Shown here: one piece after another, positions 46,830 to 58,301 of the stretch | Position numbering within the stretch: the stretch's first letter is position 1 | Layout of the letters: each line of letters starts with the position of its first letter | Assembly: GCA_950097015.1 (NCBI GenBank) | Contig: CATNEN010000003.1 | Location: 3,534,001-3,598,000 of the forward strand | DNA from: Macrostomum hystrix | Taxonomy: Eukaryota; Animalia; Platyhelminthes | Length of the DNA stretch: 64,000 nucleotides | Reading direction: 5' to 3' | The notes under the pieces: generated by a model | Told to the model about the DNA's origin: nothing | Seen by the model: the letters and a program-made list of their open reading frames with translations, nothing else | The model's database searches: none | Made by a program: the position numbers and the translations under genes

Positions 46830-48585
46830 AAGATTCTTATCTGAGTCCTTATCTGAGTATATTGGATTCTTATCTGCGTAGATTGGATTCTTATCTGCGT
46901 ATATTGGATTGTTATCTACGTAGATTGTATTCTTATCTGGGTAGATCGGATTATTATCTAAGTAGATTGTATTCTTATCTGCGTAGATTGGATTCTTATC
47001 TGCGTATATTGGATTGTTATCTACGTAGATTGTATTCTTATCTGGGTAGATCGGATTATTATCTAAGTAGATTGTATTCTTATCTGAATAGATTGGATTC
47101 TTATCTGAATAGATCGGATTATTATCTAAGTTGATTGGACTCTTATCTAAGTAGGTTGGATTCTTATCTGAGTAGACTGGATTCTTATCTGAGTTGATTT
47201 GATTCTTATCTGAGTAGATTTGATTCGTATCTGCGTAGATTGGATTTTTATCTGGGTAGATTTGATTCTTATCTGAGTTGATTGGATTCTTATCTAAGTA
47301 GATTGGAATATTATCTGAGTAGATTGGATTCTTATCTAAGTAGATTGGATTATTATCTGAGTAGATTGGATTCTTATCTGAGTAGATTGGATTCTTATCT
47401 GAGTAGATTGGAATATTATCTGAGTAGATTGGATTCTTATCTGAGCAGATTGGATTCTTATCTGAGCAGATTGGATTCTTATCTGAGTAGATTGGATTCT
47501 TATCTGAGTAGATTGGAATATTATCTGAGTAGATTGGATTCTTATCTGAGTAGATTGGATTCTTATCTGAGTAGATTGGATTCTTATCTAAGTAGATTGG
47601 AATATTATCTGAGTAGATTGGGTTCTTATCTAAGTAGATTGGATTCTTATCTGAGCAGATTGGATTCTTATCTGCGTAGATTGGATTCTTATCTGAGTTG
47701 ATTGGATTCTTATCTGAGCAGATTGGATTCTTATCTGCGTAGATGGGATTAATATCTGAGTAGATTGGATTCTTATCTGAGTAGATTGGATTCTTATCTA
47801 AGTAGATTGTATTCTTATCTGGGTAGATCGGATTATTATCTGGGTAGATCGGGTTATTATCTAAGTAGATTGGATTCTTATCTGAGTTGATTGGATTCTT
47901 ATCTAAGTAGGTTGGATTCTTATCTGAGTAGACTGGATTCTTATCTGAGTTGATTTGATTCTTATCTGAGTAGATTGGATTCGTATCTGAGTAGATTGGA
48001 TTCTTATTTGAGTAGATTGGATTCTTATCTGAGTAGATTGGATTCTTATCTGAATAGATCGGATTATTATCTAAGTTGATTGGACTCTTATCTAAGTAGG
48101 TTGGATTCTTATCTGAGTAGACTGGATTCTTATCTGAGTTGATTTGATTCTTATCTGAGTAGATTTGATTCGTATCTGAGTAGATTGGATTCTTATCTGA
48201 GTTGAATGGATTCTTATCTAAGTAGGTTGGATTCTTATCTGAGTAGACTGGATTCTTATCTGAGTTGATTTGATTCTTATCTGAGTAGATTGGATTCGTA
48301 TCTGAGTAGATTGGATTCTTATCTGAGTAGATTGAAATTCTTATCTGAGTTGATTGGATTCTTATCTGAGTAGACTGGATTCTTATCTGAGTAGATTGGA
48401 TTCTTATCTGAGTAGATTGGATTCTTATCTGAGTAGATTGGATTCTTATCTGAGTAGATTGGATTCTTATCTGAGTAGATTGGATTCTTATCTGAGTAGA
48501 TTGGATTCTTATCTGAGTAGATTGGATTCTTATCTGAGTAGATTGGATTCTTATCTGAGTTGATTGGATTCTTATTTGAGTAGAT
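46830..48585. repeat. 21-bp minisatellite (GAGTAGATTGGATTCTTATCT)
   Basis: About 80 copies. Confidence 0.97.
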
Positions 48586-49177
48586 AGAAATTCTGTGATA
48601 CGAATAATTCTTTATAACTCTGACGATATAATTCTGTCCATTTTAGTAGTATGTACAGTGTATTTTCTCTTTTTTTTAATTAAGAAAGTTTATGTCCTGG
48701 GAAATCATTATTCAATTTTACTTGATGCAAACTTTAGGCAATACGTATATTTTATAAAACATTCTAGGTTTTGTAGTTTAAAAAGGATTTCCAGGTAGAA
48801 ATCACTTAGATTCCTCATTCTAGACAAATAATTACGTAATTAATATTAAGAAAGCCACATTTTAGGCAAACAGACGGTGAAAAAAATAGGACAATGAAAA
48901 CGCGCAATGGCCTATCACAAGGGGGTAATAAAAATCTTAGGGATATAAACTTAAGATCGTATGAGAAACAAAAAACCATTCGAATTCGCGCGATGCAAAT
49001 TACGCGCGACACTAACTAACTAATTAATTCAGCCTGAATTCAGTCGTGTCCTAAAGTAAGGTATAGATAAGGGTTTCCCCAAGAATGTTTCTAAAAATAG
49101 CAACAGCAAAGTCGAGTCCCGATTGGTCTATAAAATTCCCACTGAGTAAAAAGCAAATAATTTTGAGAGCCGATCGT

Positions 49178-51386
49178 TTATTTGTTAAGCCGTTTCTCGC
49201 GCCTCTCCTGGTTCTTCTCCAGCACCTGGGAGATGCGATACTCCGACTCCTGGCCGCACTCGGTGAATCTCAGGTCCATCTCCAGCATTGTCTGGTTCCG
49301 TTCCATGCCCTCCTGAAGCTGTTTGCCACCGTCGGCTCCAAGACGATTGTTGCACAAATTGAGGCGCTGAAGAGTCTTGTTCTGCACAATCACCTGGGCT
49401 AAGACTGTGGCTGTTGGCTCGGTCAGCTCGTTGCTAGAGATGTCAACGTCTTCCAGGAGGTCGTTGCGAATCAACGCCTTACCGATGGCCTGTCCACCGT
49501 CGTCGCCCATTCGGTTGAGTCGCAGGCTGAGCTGGCGCAGGGTTCGATTCTTGAGCAGTGCGTGAGCAAGAGCCTGAGCACCCTGGGCCCGAATGAGATT
49601 GTCCGTGAGGTCCAGCCTAACCAGCTGACTGTGGCCGTTCAGGAACTTGCCCAACGCCCTGGCGCCCCGATCGCCGATGCTGTTGTGCGACAGGTCCAGC
49701 TCTTCAAGGCCGGGATGATCAAGCAGCCGGCTGATGAGGATTCGGCATCGGTCGCAGTCGACTTTGCTGCGGCTGAGCTGAAAGATGCGCAATTGGCGAC
49801 ACGCTGACACAGCTTCGGCCAGCTTCAAGCAGTCTTTGGCCGTGAAGTTAAACAGGCTCCATTCGAAGTTCATGCCGCAGTCTCTGACAGTGTAGCACAG
49901 CCGGAGCTCGGTCAGGTTGGGCAGCTGAGGCAGCAGCGGACCAAAGTCCAGATGACTATTGTCAGCTTCGTCGCCGGCGTCGGAGCCGCGGTCGCTGGCA
50001 GCGTCGTCGTCTTTGCCAGCGGCATTGTCTGCTACCGGGGGCAGCAGCTGGTTGACAGTGAGGCGTCGGACAAACGGCCCGGCCAGCATCAGGGACTCGG
50101 TCAGCTGGGTGGGATCCGTGCTGCCAGGAACAAAGAATTCGATCACCTCCTGCGGGTGTAAATATTTTCCGGGTTTTTAGTTTTATTATTCATTATAACA
50201 AGTGACAGTTGTTATTTGGAAAATTCAAACGTAAAATAAATCATTTTTGTTTCTTTTATTTGAAACTTTTGTTTGGATTTACATTTTTTGTTCTTTAGAC
50301 AATATAAAGACAATAAATAACTTTGGTGATTTTATAAAATAACAACAAGAAATATAAAGCGATTTGAACTAAGATAAAATGTAAGATATTTTAGTTGTAA
50401 CAAAAAATCTAGATATATAAAAAATGGAAGATAAAATGTTAGTTTAATTTTTTCTTATTGTCTTTATTGTTGCATTTAAATTTCAAAGAATTGTTGTGTT
50501 AATATTTTAGTTGTATATTGAATTTTTTTCAAAGATCTTTAGATTTTTTAAAGTTTAAATGAAAAATTTTTGTGTGAATAAAAAATATATTTTCAATTAT
50601 TCAGATCCGATAAAAAGCATGTAAGAAAGAATGGAAAACAAAATTTTCAATATCGTTACCATCGTTATAAGTTTTTCAGTAAATAAAGCGATAATCAAAC
50701 TGTAGGAACATTTGTATTATTTCTAAATAAAGCCTACGAGTATGTGGATCCAGCCCAAGGCTCACCTGCAGATCCCTCTCGAAGTACATTCTCTTCCAGC
50801 TGCCATCGAATCGGCTAACATCGCAAACTTGCCAACGCTTTTTGCACACTCTGCGCCAATAGCCTTCGTCGCGAATCAACGGTCCGGTGACCTTCTTGGA
50901 CACGTCCACTGGCAGGCGGCTGAGCAGTTTGGCCTGCTGTGCAGGCCCGACTCGATTGAGCACATCGGTGTTGTACTCGAAATTAGCCACCAAGCCCTTC
51001 AAGCTGAGCTCGGCCAAGCCCGGCACTGTGGCCAAATTCCATTCCGGATCTTCGGCGATAATCTTGCGAATATTGCGCCTATCAAGCGCAGGATCTTCTT
51101 GAATCTCCTGCTCCGGAATTAGTTCGTCATCTTCAACGCCCGCGTCCGGATCAGCTCCGGCCGCAGCGTCATCTGCGGCGGCTTCCTCGTCGTCGGACTC
51201 GGCCGTCTGCTGACGCGTTGATGCCGGCTTCATGCTGGCCTGGCTCTGGCTCTTCTTGGAACGTCCGGACGCGCGCGATGGCGGCGCCACGGCATCCGCC
51301 TCGTCGGCCGCTGTCTCGATTGCCGGTTCCTGCTGCTGATCATCATCTCCTTCGGCCGGAGCCGGCGTCTGCGGCTTTGATGACAT
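49178..51386 (-). CDS. TCTE1: Dynein regulatory complex subunit 5 (TCTE1/DRC5), 2 coding exons, about 530 aa
   Basis: Exons 51386-50766 and 50149-49178 (phase 0). Motifs RKIIAEDPEWNLATVP, YWRRVC..RW, SWKRMYFERDLQ and CGMNFEWSLFNFT, followed by ribonuclease-inhibitor-type LRRs. Confidence 0.95.
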
Positions 51387-51493
51387 TTTGAACTTCCCTG
51401 CTGCTGATGAGCTCAAATAAGTATATAAGTGAATATTTTCTAGAAAAACATCTCCCTTCTTTGCAATTTGAATTTGGCGCGCTTTGCGCGGGC

Positions 51494-51508
51494 GTTGCTA
51501 TAGACAAC
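51494..51508. promoter_or_regulatory. RFX X-box upstream of DRC5
   Basis: GTTGTCTATAGCAAC (minus strand), about 110 bp upstream of the ATG of a motile-cilia gene, in a GC-rich patch. Confidence 0.7.
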
Positions 51509-52365
51509 GCGTGGGGCATGATAGGGGTGGGCAAGGCCGGGGCGGGCAGGCAGAAGGGTGAAGTTATCGGAGGGTGTTGAGGCGGGACTGAATGTACACT
51601 CGGGGCAGAGTGGAAAGCGCACGCCGATTGAATGAATGTACACTTAATAATTGCAGCGGCGATAAGGTTTGAGCCGGAATGAATTGAGTGTACAGTGTGG
51701 AATTTCAAATGCATTCTAGAGTAGATTCCAGACCAACTCAATTTTTTACAATTCGTTTTCATACTACTTACAGAAAGTGTAGTAAGTAGTTTACTAAAAA
51801 ATCTGGCCTTTTTCTGAAGATACTGCGTGTATGCGAAAGCAGTATCCTAAATACATAATCTTCATGACTTGTTGTACCTTCCTCACAATACAGAACTAGA
51901 ACTGATACTCTGATGACAGTATTACAGATTCCAAGTTTGCCGCTGCATCATTGAATGATTCTACCCCTCCGTCTAAATATCGACTTCTCGTTATTTCTGA
52001 AATCTCACTCTCAGTGTCTATCCCGCAATCTAACGATCTACTTATCCCAATGCCGAAATCCCCCTCTCTTCCTACCTATGCCTTTTATAAAAACAAAAAT
52101 AAAAAACGAATACAACAATTGAGTTTTCTCTATTCAGAGTACAATTGAATATGTACTATTTCCTTTTTTAAATAAAACGTTAAAGTGCTTACATTTGTAT
52201 TATTGATAACAAGATAATAAATAACATGTTACAAAGCAACAATTTATGTGTCAATCGTCGGATTCTAAGAAACTACAATGTTTTTTTCTATGAAAATATC
52301 AAACAGAATTCCAAAATTTTAAGGAAATAAGCTTGGCAAAATTCAAGAAAGACAAAAATTTATGT

Positions 52366-55300
52366 TCATTGCAACGGAATTTTGCTTTCGCAAGGATAAT
52401 AATTATCCTTTGATGAGGCGGCAGAGGACTTCGACAATTGTACACAATTCGGACTGCAGCTGCCAAAATTGTAGTCGGAGAATTTCGTCATCAGGTGAGC
52501 AGCGTCGAAGCTGCGAATGGGCGGACTTTGCTGACTGTCAGTGTCCAAGGTGTACCTAGATTAGAATAGCGAATGTTGGCCGTGGGAATAATTTCATTGG
52601 GAATAATTTCAAATTTATCATAAGTTTATTCGTCTAGTATTGTCCTTTCTTGTTTAGTGCATGCTTCCCATCTCTTTCCCATCCCATTCTGATCTTTCCC
52701 ATCCCATTCTGATCTTTCCCATCCCATTCTCACCTCTTTCCCATCCCATTCTCACCTCTTTCCTATCCCATTCTCACCTCTTTCCCACCCCATTCTTATC
52801 TCTTTCCCATCCCATTCTCACCTCTTTCCCATCCCATTCTGGTCTCTTTCCCATCCCATTCTCACCTCTTTCCCATCCCATTCTCACCTCTTTCCCATCC
52901 CATTCTGGTCTCTTTCCCATCCCATTCTCACCTCTTTCCCATCCCATTCTCATCTCTTTCCCATCCCATTCTCATCTCTTTCCCATCCCATTCTCATCTC
53001 TTTCCCATCCCATTCTCACCTCTTTCACATCCCATTCTCATCTCTTTCCCATCCCATTCTCACCTCTTTCCCATCCCATTCTGGTCTCTTTCCCATCCCA
53101 TTCTCACCTCTTTCCCATCCCATTCTCATCTCTTTCCCATCCCATTCTCATCTCTTTCCCATCCCATTCTCATCTCTTTCCCATCCCATTCTCACCTCTT
53201 TCACATCCCATTCTCACCTCTTTCCCATCCCATTCTCACCTCTTTCCCATCCCATTCTCACCTCTTTCCCATCCCATTCTCACCTCTTTCCCATCCCATT
53301 CTCATCTCTTTCCCATCCCATTCTCATCTCTTTCCCATCCCATTCTCATCTCTTTCCCATCCCATTCTCACCTCTTTCCCATCCCATTCTGGTCTCTTTC
53401 CCATCCCATTCTGGTCTCTTTCACATCCCATTCTCATCTCTTTCCCATCCCATTCTCATCTCTTTCCCATCCCATTCTCATCTCTTTCCCATCCCATTCT
53501 CACCTCTTTCCCATCCCATTCTGGTCTCTTTCCCATCCCATTCTCATCTCTTTCCCATCCCATTCTCATCTCTTTCCCATCCCATTCTCACCTCTTTCCC
53601 ATCCCATTCTGGTCTCTTTCCCATCCCATTCTGGTCTCTTTCCCATCCCATTCTGGTCTCTTTCCCATCCCATTCTCACCTCTTTCCCATCCCATTCTCA
53701 TCTCTTTCCCATCCCATTCTCATCTCTTTCCCATCCCATTCTCATCTCTTTCCCATCCCATTCTCACCTCTTTCCCATCCCATTCTCATCTCTTTCCCAT
53801 CCCATTCTGGTCTCTTTCCCATCCCATTCTGGTCTCTTTCCCATCCCATTCTCACCTCTTTCCCATCCCATTCTCATCTCTTTCCCATCCCATTCTCATC
53901 TCTTTCCCATCCCATTCTCACCTCTTTCCCATCCCATTCTGGTCTCTTTCCCATCCCATTCTCACCTCTTTCCCATCCCATTCTCATCTCTTTCCCATCC
54001 CATTCTCATCTCTTTCCCATCCCATTCTCATCTCTTTCCCATCCCATTCTCACCTCTTTCCCATCCCATTCTGGTCTCTTTCCCATCCCATTCTCATCTC
54101 TTTCCCATCCCATTCTCATCTCTTTCCCATCCCATTCTCATCTCTTTCCCATCCCATTCTCACCTCTTTCCCATCCCATTCTCATCTCTTTCCCATCCCA
54201 TTCTCACCTCTTTCCCATCCCATTCTGGTCTCTTTCCCATCCCATTCTCATCTCTTTCCCATCCCATTCTCACCTCTTTCCCATCCCATTCTTATCTCTT
54301 TCCCATCCCATTCTCACCTCTTTCCCATCCCATTCTCATCTCTTTCCCATCCCATTCTCACCTCTTTCCCATCCCATTCTGGTCTCTTTCCCATCCCATT
54401 CTGGTCTCTTTCCCATCCCATTCTCATCTCTTTCCCATCCCATTCTCATCTCTTTCCCATCCCATTCTCACCTCTTTCCCATCCCATTCTGGTCTCTTTC
54501 CCATCCAATTCTGGTCTCTTTCCCATCCCATTCTGGTCTCTTTCCCATCCCATTCTCATCTCTTTCCCATCCCATTCTGGTCTCTTTCCCATCCCATTCT
54601 CACCTCTTTCCCATCCCATTCTCATCTCTTTCCCATCCCATTCTCATCTCTTTCCCATCCCATTCTCATCTCTTTCCCATCCCATTCTGGTCTCTTTCCC
54701 ATCCCATTCTCATCTCTTTCCCATCCCATTCTCATCTCTTTCCCATCCCATTCTCATCTCTTTCCCATCCCATTCTGGTCTCTTTCCCATCCCATTCTGG
54801 TCTCTTTCCCATCCCATTCTCATCTCTTTCCCATCCCATTCTCATCTCTTTCCCATCCCATTCTCATCTCTTTCCCATCCCATTCTTATCTCTTTCCCAT
54901 CCCAATCCCATCTCTTTCCCATCCCATTCTGGTCTCTTTCCCATCCCATTCTCATCTCTTTCCCATCCCATTCTCATCTCTTTCCCATCCCATTCTTATC
55001 TCTTTCCCATCCCATTCTGGTCTCTTTCCCATCTCATTCTCATCTCTTTCCCATCCCATTCTGGTCTCTTTCCCATCCCATTCTCATCTCTTTCCCATCC
55101 CATTCTGGTCTCTTTCCCATCCCATTCCCATCTCTTTCCCACCCCATTCTGGTCTCTTGGTCACAGCAAGAGCCCAGTATCTCACGCGGCGTTCATGAGG
55201 GTGACGTGCAGTTTAACACCCTGCCTTCCACGATGAACTTTCGCCAGAGGTTCAAACTGAAGAGCCAGTGCGTCGGCTATTGCCTGCAGCCGGCCAGTGG

Positions 55301-56644
55301 GCTCGTGCACTTTGGCGTAAAGTACTTTAGCACTGCTGGGATCATCGTTCATGATTTCTAAGCCGAGAAGGCTCACATTGAGCGGTCCTCTGTGGAAAAT
55401 GAATGAAATTATAAGTTATGTTAACAACGGTACAGCGAACAAAGTATCCCCGAAAGATCCTCAAAATGGCACCAGACAAGATCCTCAAAATGGCACCAGA
55501 CAAGATCCTCAAAATGGCACCAGACAAGATCCTCAAAATGGCACCAGACAAGATCATAAAAATGGCACCAGACAAGATCATAAAAATGGCACCAGACAAG
55601 ATCATAAAAATGGCACCAGACAAGATCATAAAAATGGCACCAGACAAGATCCTCAAAATGGCACCAGACAAGATCATCAAAATGGCACCAGACAAGATCC
55701 TCAAAATGGCACCAGACAAGATCCTCAAAATGGCACCAGACAAGATCCTCAAAATGGCACCAGACAAGATCCTCAAAATGGCACCAGACAAGATCCTCAA
55801 AATGGCACCAGACAAGATCCTTAAAATGGCACTCTCACCCGTCGCCTCGCCGCATCAAATCGGGCAGGCGGTCGCGGCCAAATTCCTCCAACAATCGTTT
55901 AGCCTTCGCCACATCCTGCGCAGTCAGCAGCAGCAGCGGGACGCAGGTGATGTGCAATCTGGCGACGCTTTGGAACACTTCCTCGACAATGCCCCGATCT
56001 CCGCCGCACCATTTCAGAGCTGAGTCTCTGAACTCGGCGTAGCGAGTCCGCACCTCGTCGGAGGACAAGCTGACAGACAGGAAGTGGGTGATTGGCAGGC
56101 GGTCGCGAGCGTCGGCTAGCAACAATTCGATGCGAGTCTTCGCCGAAGCCAGCTGAGCCCGACCTCTGGCAAAGATCAGCACCGGAGATTCCGTGTCTCC
56201 CATTCTAGGAATCCTGAGCTCCGCCCCGGTCTCTGCTTCCAGACGACGCTTGGCGTCGCCATGACGACCAATTAAAAAGCGATGAAAAGCGGAGGGAACC
56301 GGAAGCTGCATTCTGTAGCCGCCTCTGTCCTTATCGATGACGCAACCGGCTAATTGTTCTTCGATTTCGTCACACTGCGAAGCAGCTGCCGACTGACTGA
56401 CAGCTGATCGACAAGCGGAAGCTTCGGCACCGCTGGCGCCGTACTGATCGTCTCTATCGCCGTTGAAATCTTCCGCGGCCGCTTCCTCTTCTAGCTGACC
56501 AACCGGTCGAAGCTGACTATACGCAGAATGCTTGGAGCTCGGCTGCTGATTGGCCGAGGAAAATGCACCCGACAGGGGATTTAATCTGTAGCAATAATCC
56601 CCTCCGATCCATAGCAATTCGGGATTGAGTGTGGCCCTGCTCAT
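52366..56644 (-). CDS. ASCC1: Activating signal cointegrator 1 complex subunit 1 (KH + 2H phosphoesterase), 3 coding exons
   Basis: Exons 56644-55839, 55389-55186 and 52555-52366, phase-compatible. N-terminus LNPELLWIGG..YRLNP; KH domain HRFLIGRHG; THFLS; two HxT motifs (LHIT, LHVT); GLEIMNDDP..VLYAKV; FDA..FG. Confidence 0.95.
52665..55157. repeat. 22-bp minisatellite (TCTTTCCCATCCCATTCTCAYC) filling ASCC1 intron 2
   Basis: About 113 copies with three main variants (ctcacc/ctcatc/ctggtc). Confidence 0.98.
55455..55832. repeat. 24-bp minisatellite (GATCCTCAAAATGGCACCAGACAA) filling ASCC1 intron 1
   Basis: About 16 copies, starting 6 nt from the donor site. Confidence 0.97.
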
Positions 56645-56742
56645 TTGTGATGCTGCTAGATTGATCTGCTCACTGGAAATTGTGCGGAGTGAGACAACAT
56701 CGCACCAATCATTGACAGCAACTCGTCGCAAGAAAACTTATA

Positions 56743-57160
56743 AACTGATAAGCCTGACACAGGCCTCACTAACTGATAAGCCTGACACAGGCCTCACTAA
56801 CTGATAAGCCTGACACAGGCCTCACTAACTGATAAGCCTGACACAGGCCTCACTAACTGATAAGCCTGACACAGGCCTCACTAACTGATAAGCCTGACAC
56901 AGGCCTCACTAACTGATAAGCCTGACACAGGCCTCACTAACTGATAAGCCTGACACAGGCCTCACTAACTGATAAGCCTGACACAGGCCTCACTAACTGA
57001 TAAGCCTAGTCTGACACAAGCCTCACTAACTGATAAGCATGACACAGGCCTCACTAACTGATAAGCCTAGTCTGACACAAGCCTCACTAACTGATAAGCA
57101 TGACATAGGCCTCACTAACTGTTAAGCATGATCTGACACAAGCCTCACTAACTGATAAGC
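56743..57160. repeat. 28-bp minisatellite immediately upstream of ASCC1
   Basis: aactgataagcctgacacaggcctcact, about 15 copies. Confidence 0.96.
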
Positions 57161-57519
57161 GTGATTGGACCCAAAAAAATAATAAAAACCTATTTTGTTT
57201 TATTAAAAAACGAAAACACATAACAATGATAGAAGTTAACTTCTGTATAGTTTTCTTAATTCACCAGCACAATATAATGGACATGTCATTTTGAACGAAT
57301 TTTTAGTTCTTAAAAATGATAAACACACACAGAGAGGAAGAGAAATGATATGAAACATACTTGTAACTTGTCTCATATGAAAGGAAGCATATTTAACTAA
57401 GAAAAAATGCTACTTTTAAAGTGAACTGAACGCCAACAATGTCATTATGCTGCTTGCAAAGCGAAACATTCTTATTAAAAGAAAAGCTAGGTTACTCGGC
57501 AATGGCTTCAAATTAAAGG

Positions 57520-58088
57520 GGTAGGGGTAGATCGGAAAAGAGTGTACATTCAAGGGGGGGCTTATGGAGGAGGAGCGTACATTCAAGGGGAAAAGTTTGA
57601 TCAAGGGGAAGAGTGTACATTGAACGGTAGGGGTTGATCGGGGAAGTGTGTACATTGAAGGGTAGGGCTTGATCAAGGAAGAGTGTACATTCAAGGGGGA
57701 GGGGTTGATTGGGAAAGAGTGTACATTCAAGGGGGGTTGATTGGGGAAGAGTGTACATTCAAGGGGGAGGGGTTGATTGGGGAAGAGTGTACATTCAAGG
57801 GGGAGGGGTTGATTGGGGAAGAGTGTACATTCAAGGGGGAGGGGTTTATTGGGAAAGAGTGTACATTCAAGGGGGAGGGGTTTATTGGGAAAGAGTGTAC
57901 ATTCAAGGGGGAGGGGTTGATTGGGGAAGAGTGTACATTCAAGGGGGAGGGGTTGATTGGGGAAGAGTGTACATTCAAGGGGGAGGGGTTGATTGGGGAA
58001 GAGTGTACATTCAAGGGGGAGGGGTTTATTGGGAAAGGTGTACATTCAAGGGGTTGGGGGAGGGTTGATTGGGGAAGAGTGTACACAC
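57520..58088. repeat. 36-bp G-rich minisatellite
   Basis: gagtgtacattcaagggggaggggttgattggggaa. Confidence 0.95.
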
Positions 58089-58301
58089 ATTAAGGCGACC
58101 TCAGACATTAAACAATTGCAAGTAGTACAAAGCTAGCACACAGAACAATTTTGAGAGTAAACTAGTTTGATAGACAGACACAAACAGACAAAGCACATTT
58201 TAATTAGGATTATACTACTTATGTATCACTTTTAGTTAGTAGCATCGATAAAAAAGTATTGGTTAATTTAAAATATTATTAAAACCGATGCGACACGAAT
58301 T

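Noticed and set aside
52661-55198. 845-aa ORF, and similar ORFs at 32764, 46862-48563, 55342-56023, 57416-58093 and 60013
   Set aside because: Repeat-derived, and several lie inside introns of well-supported genes.
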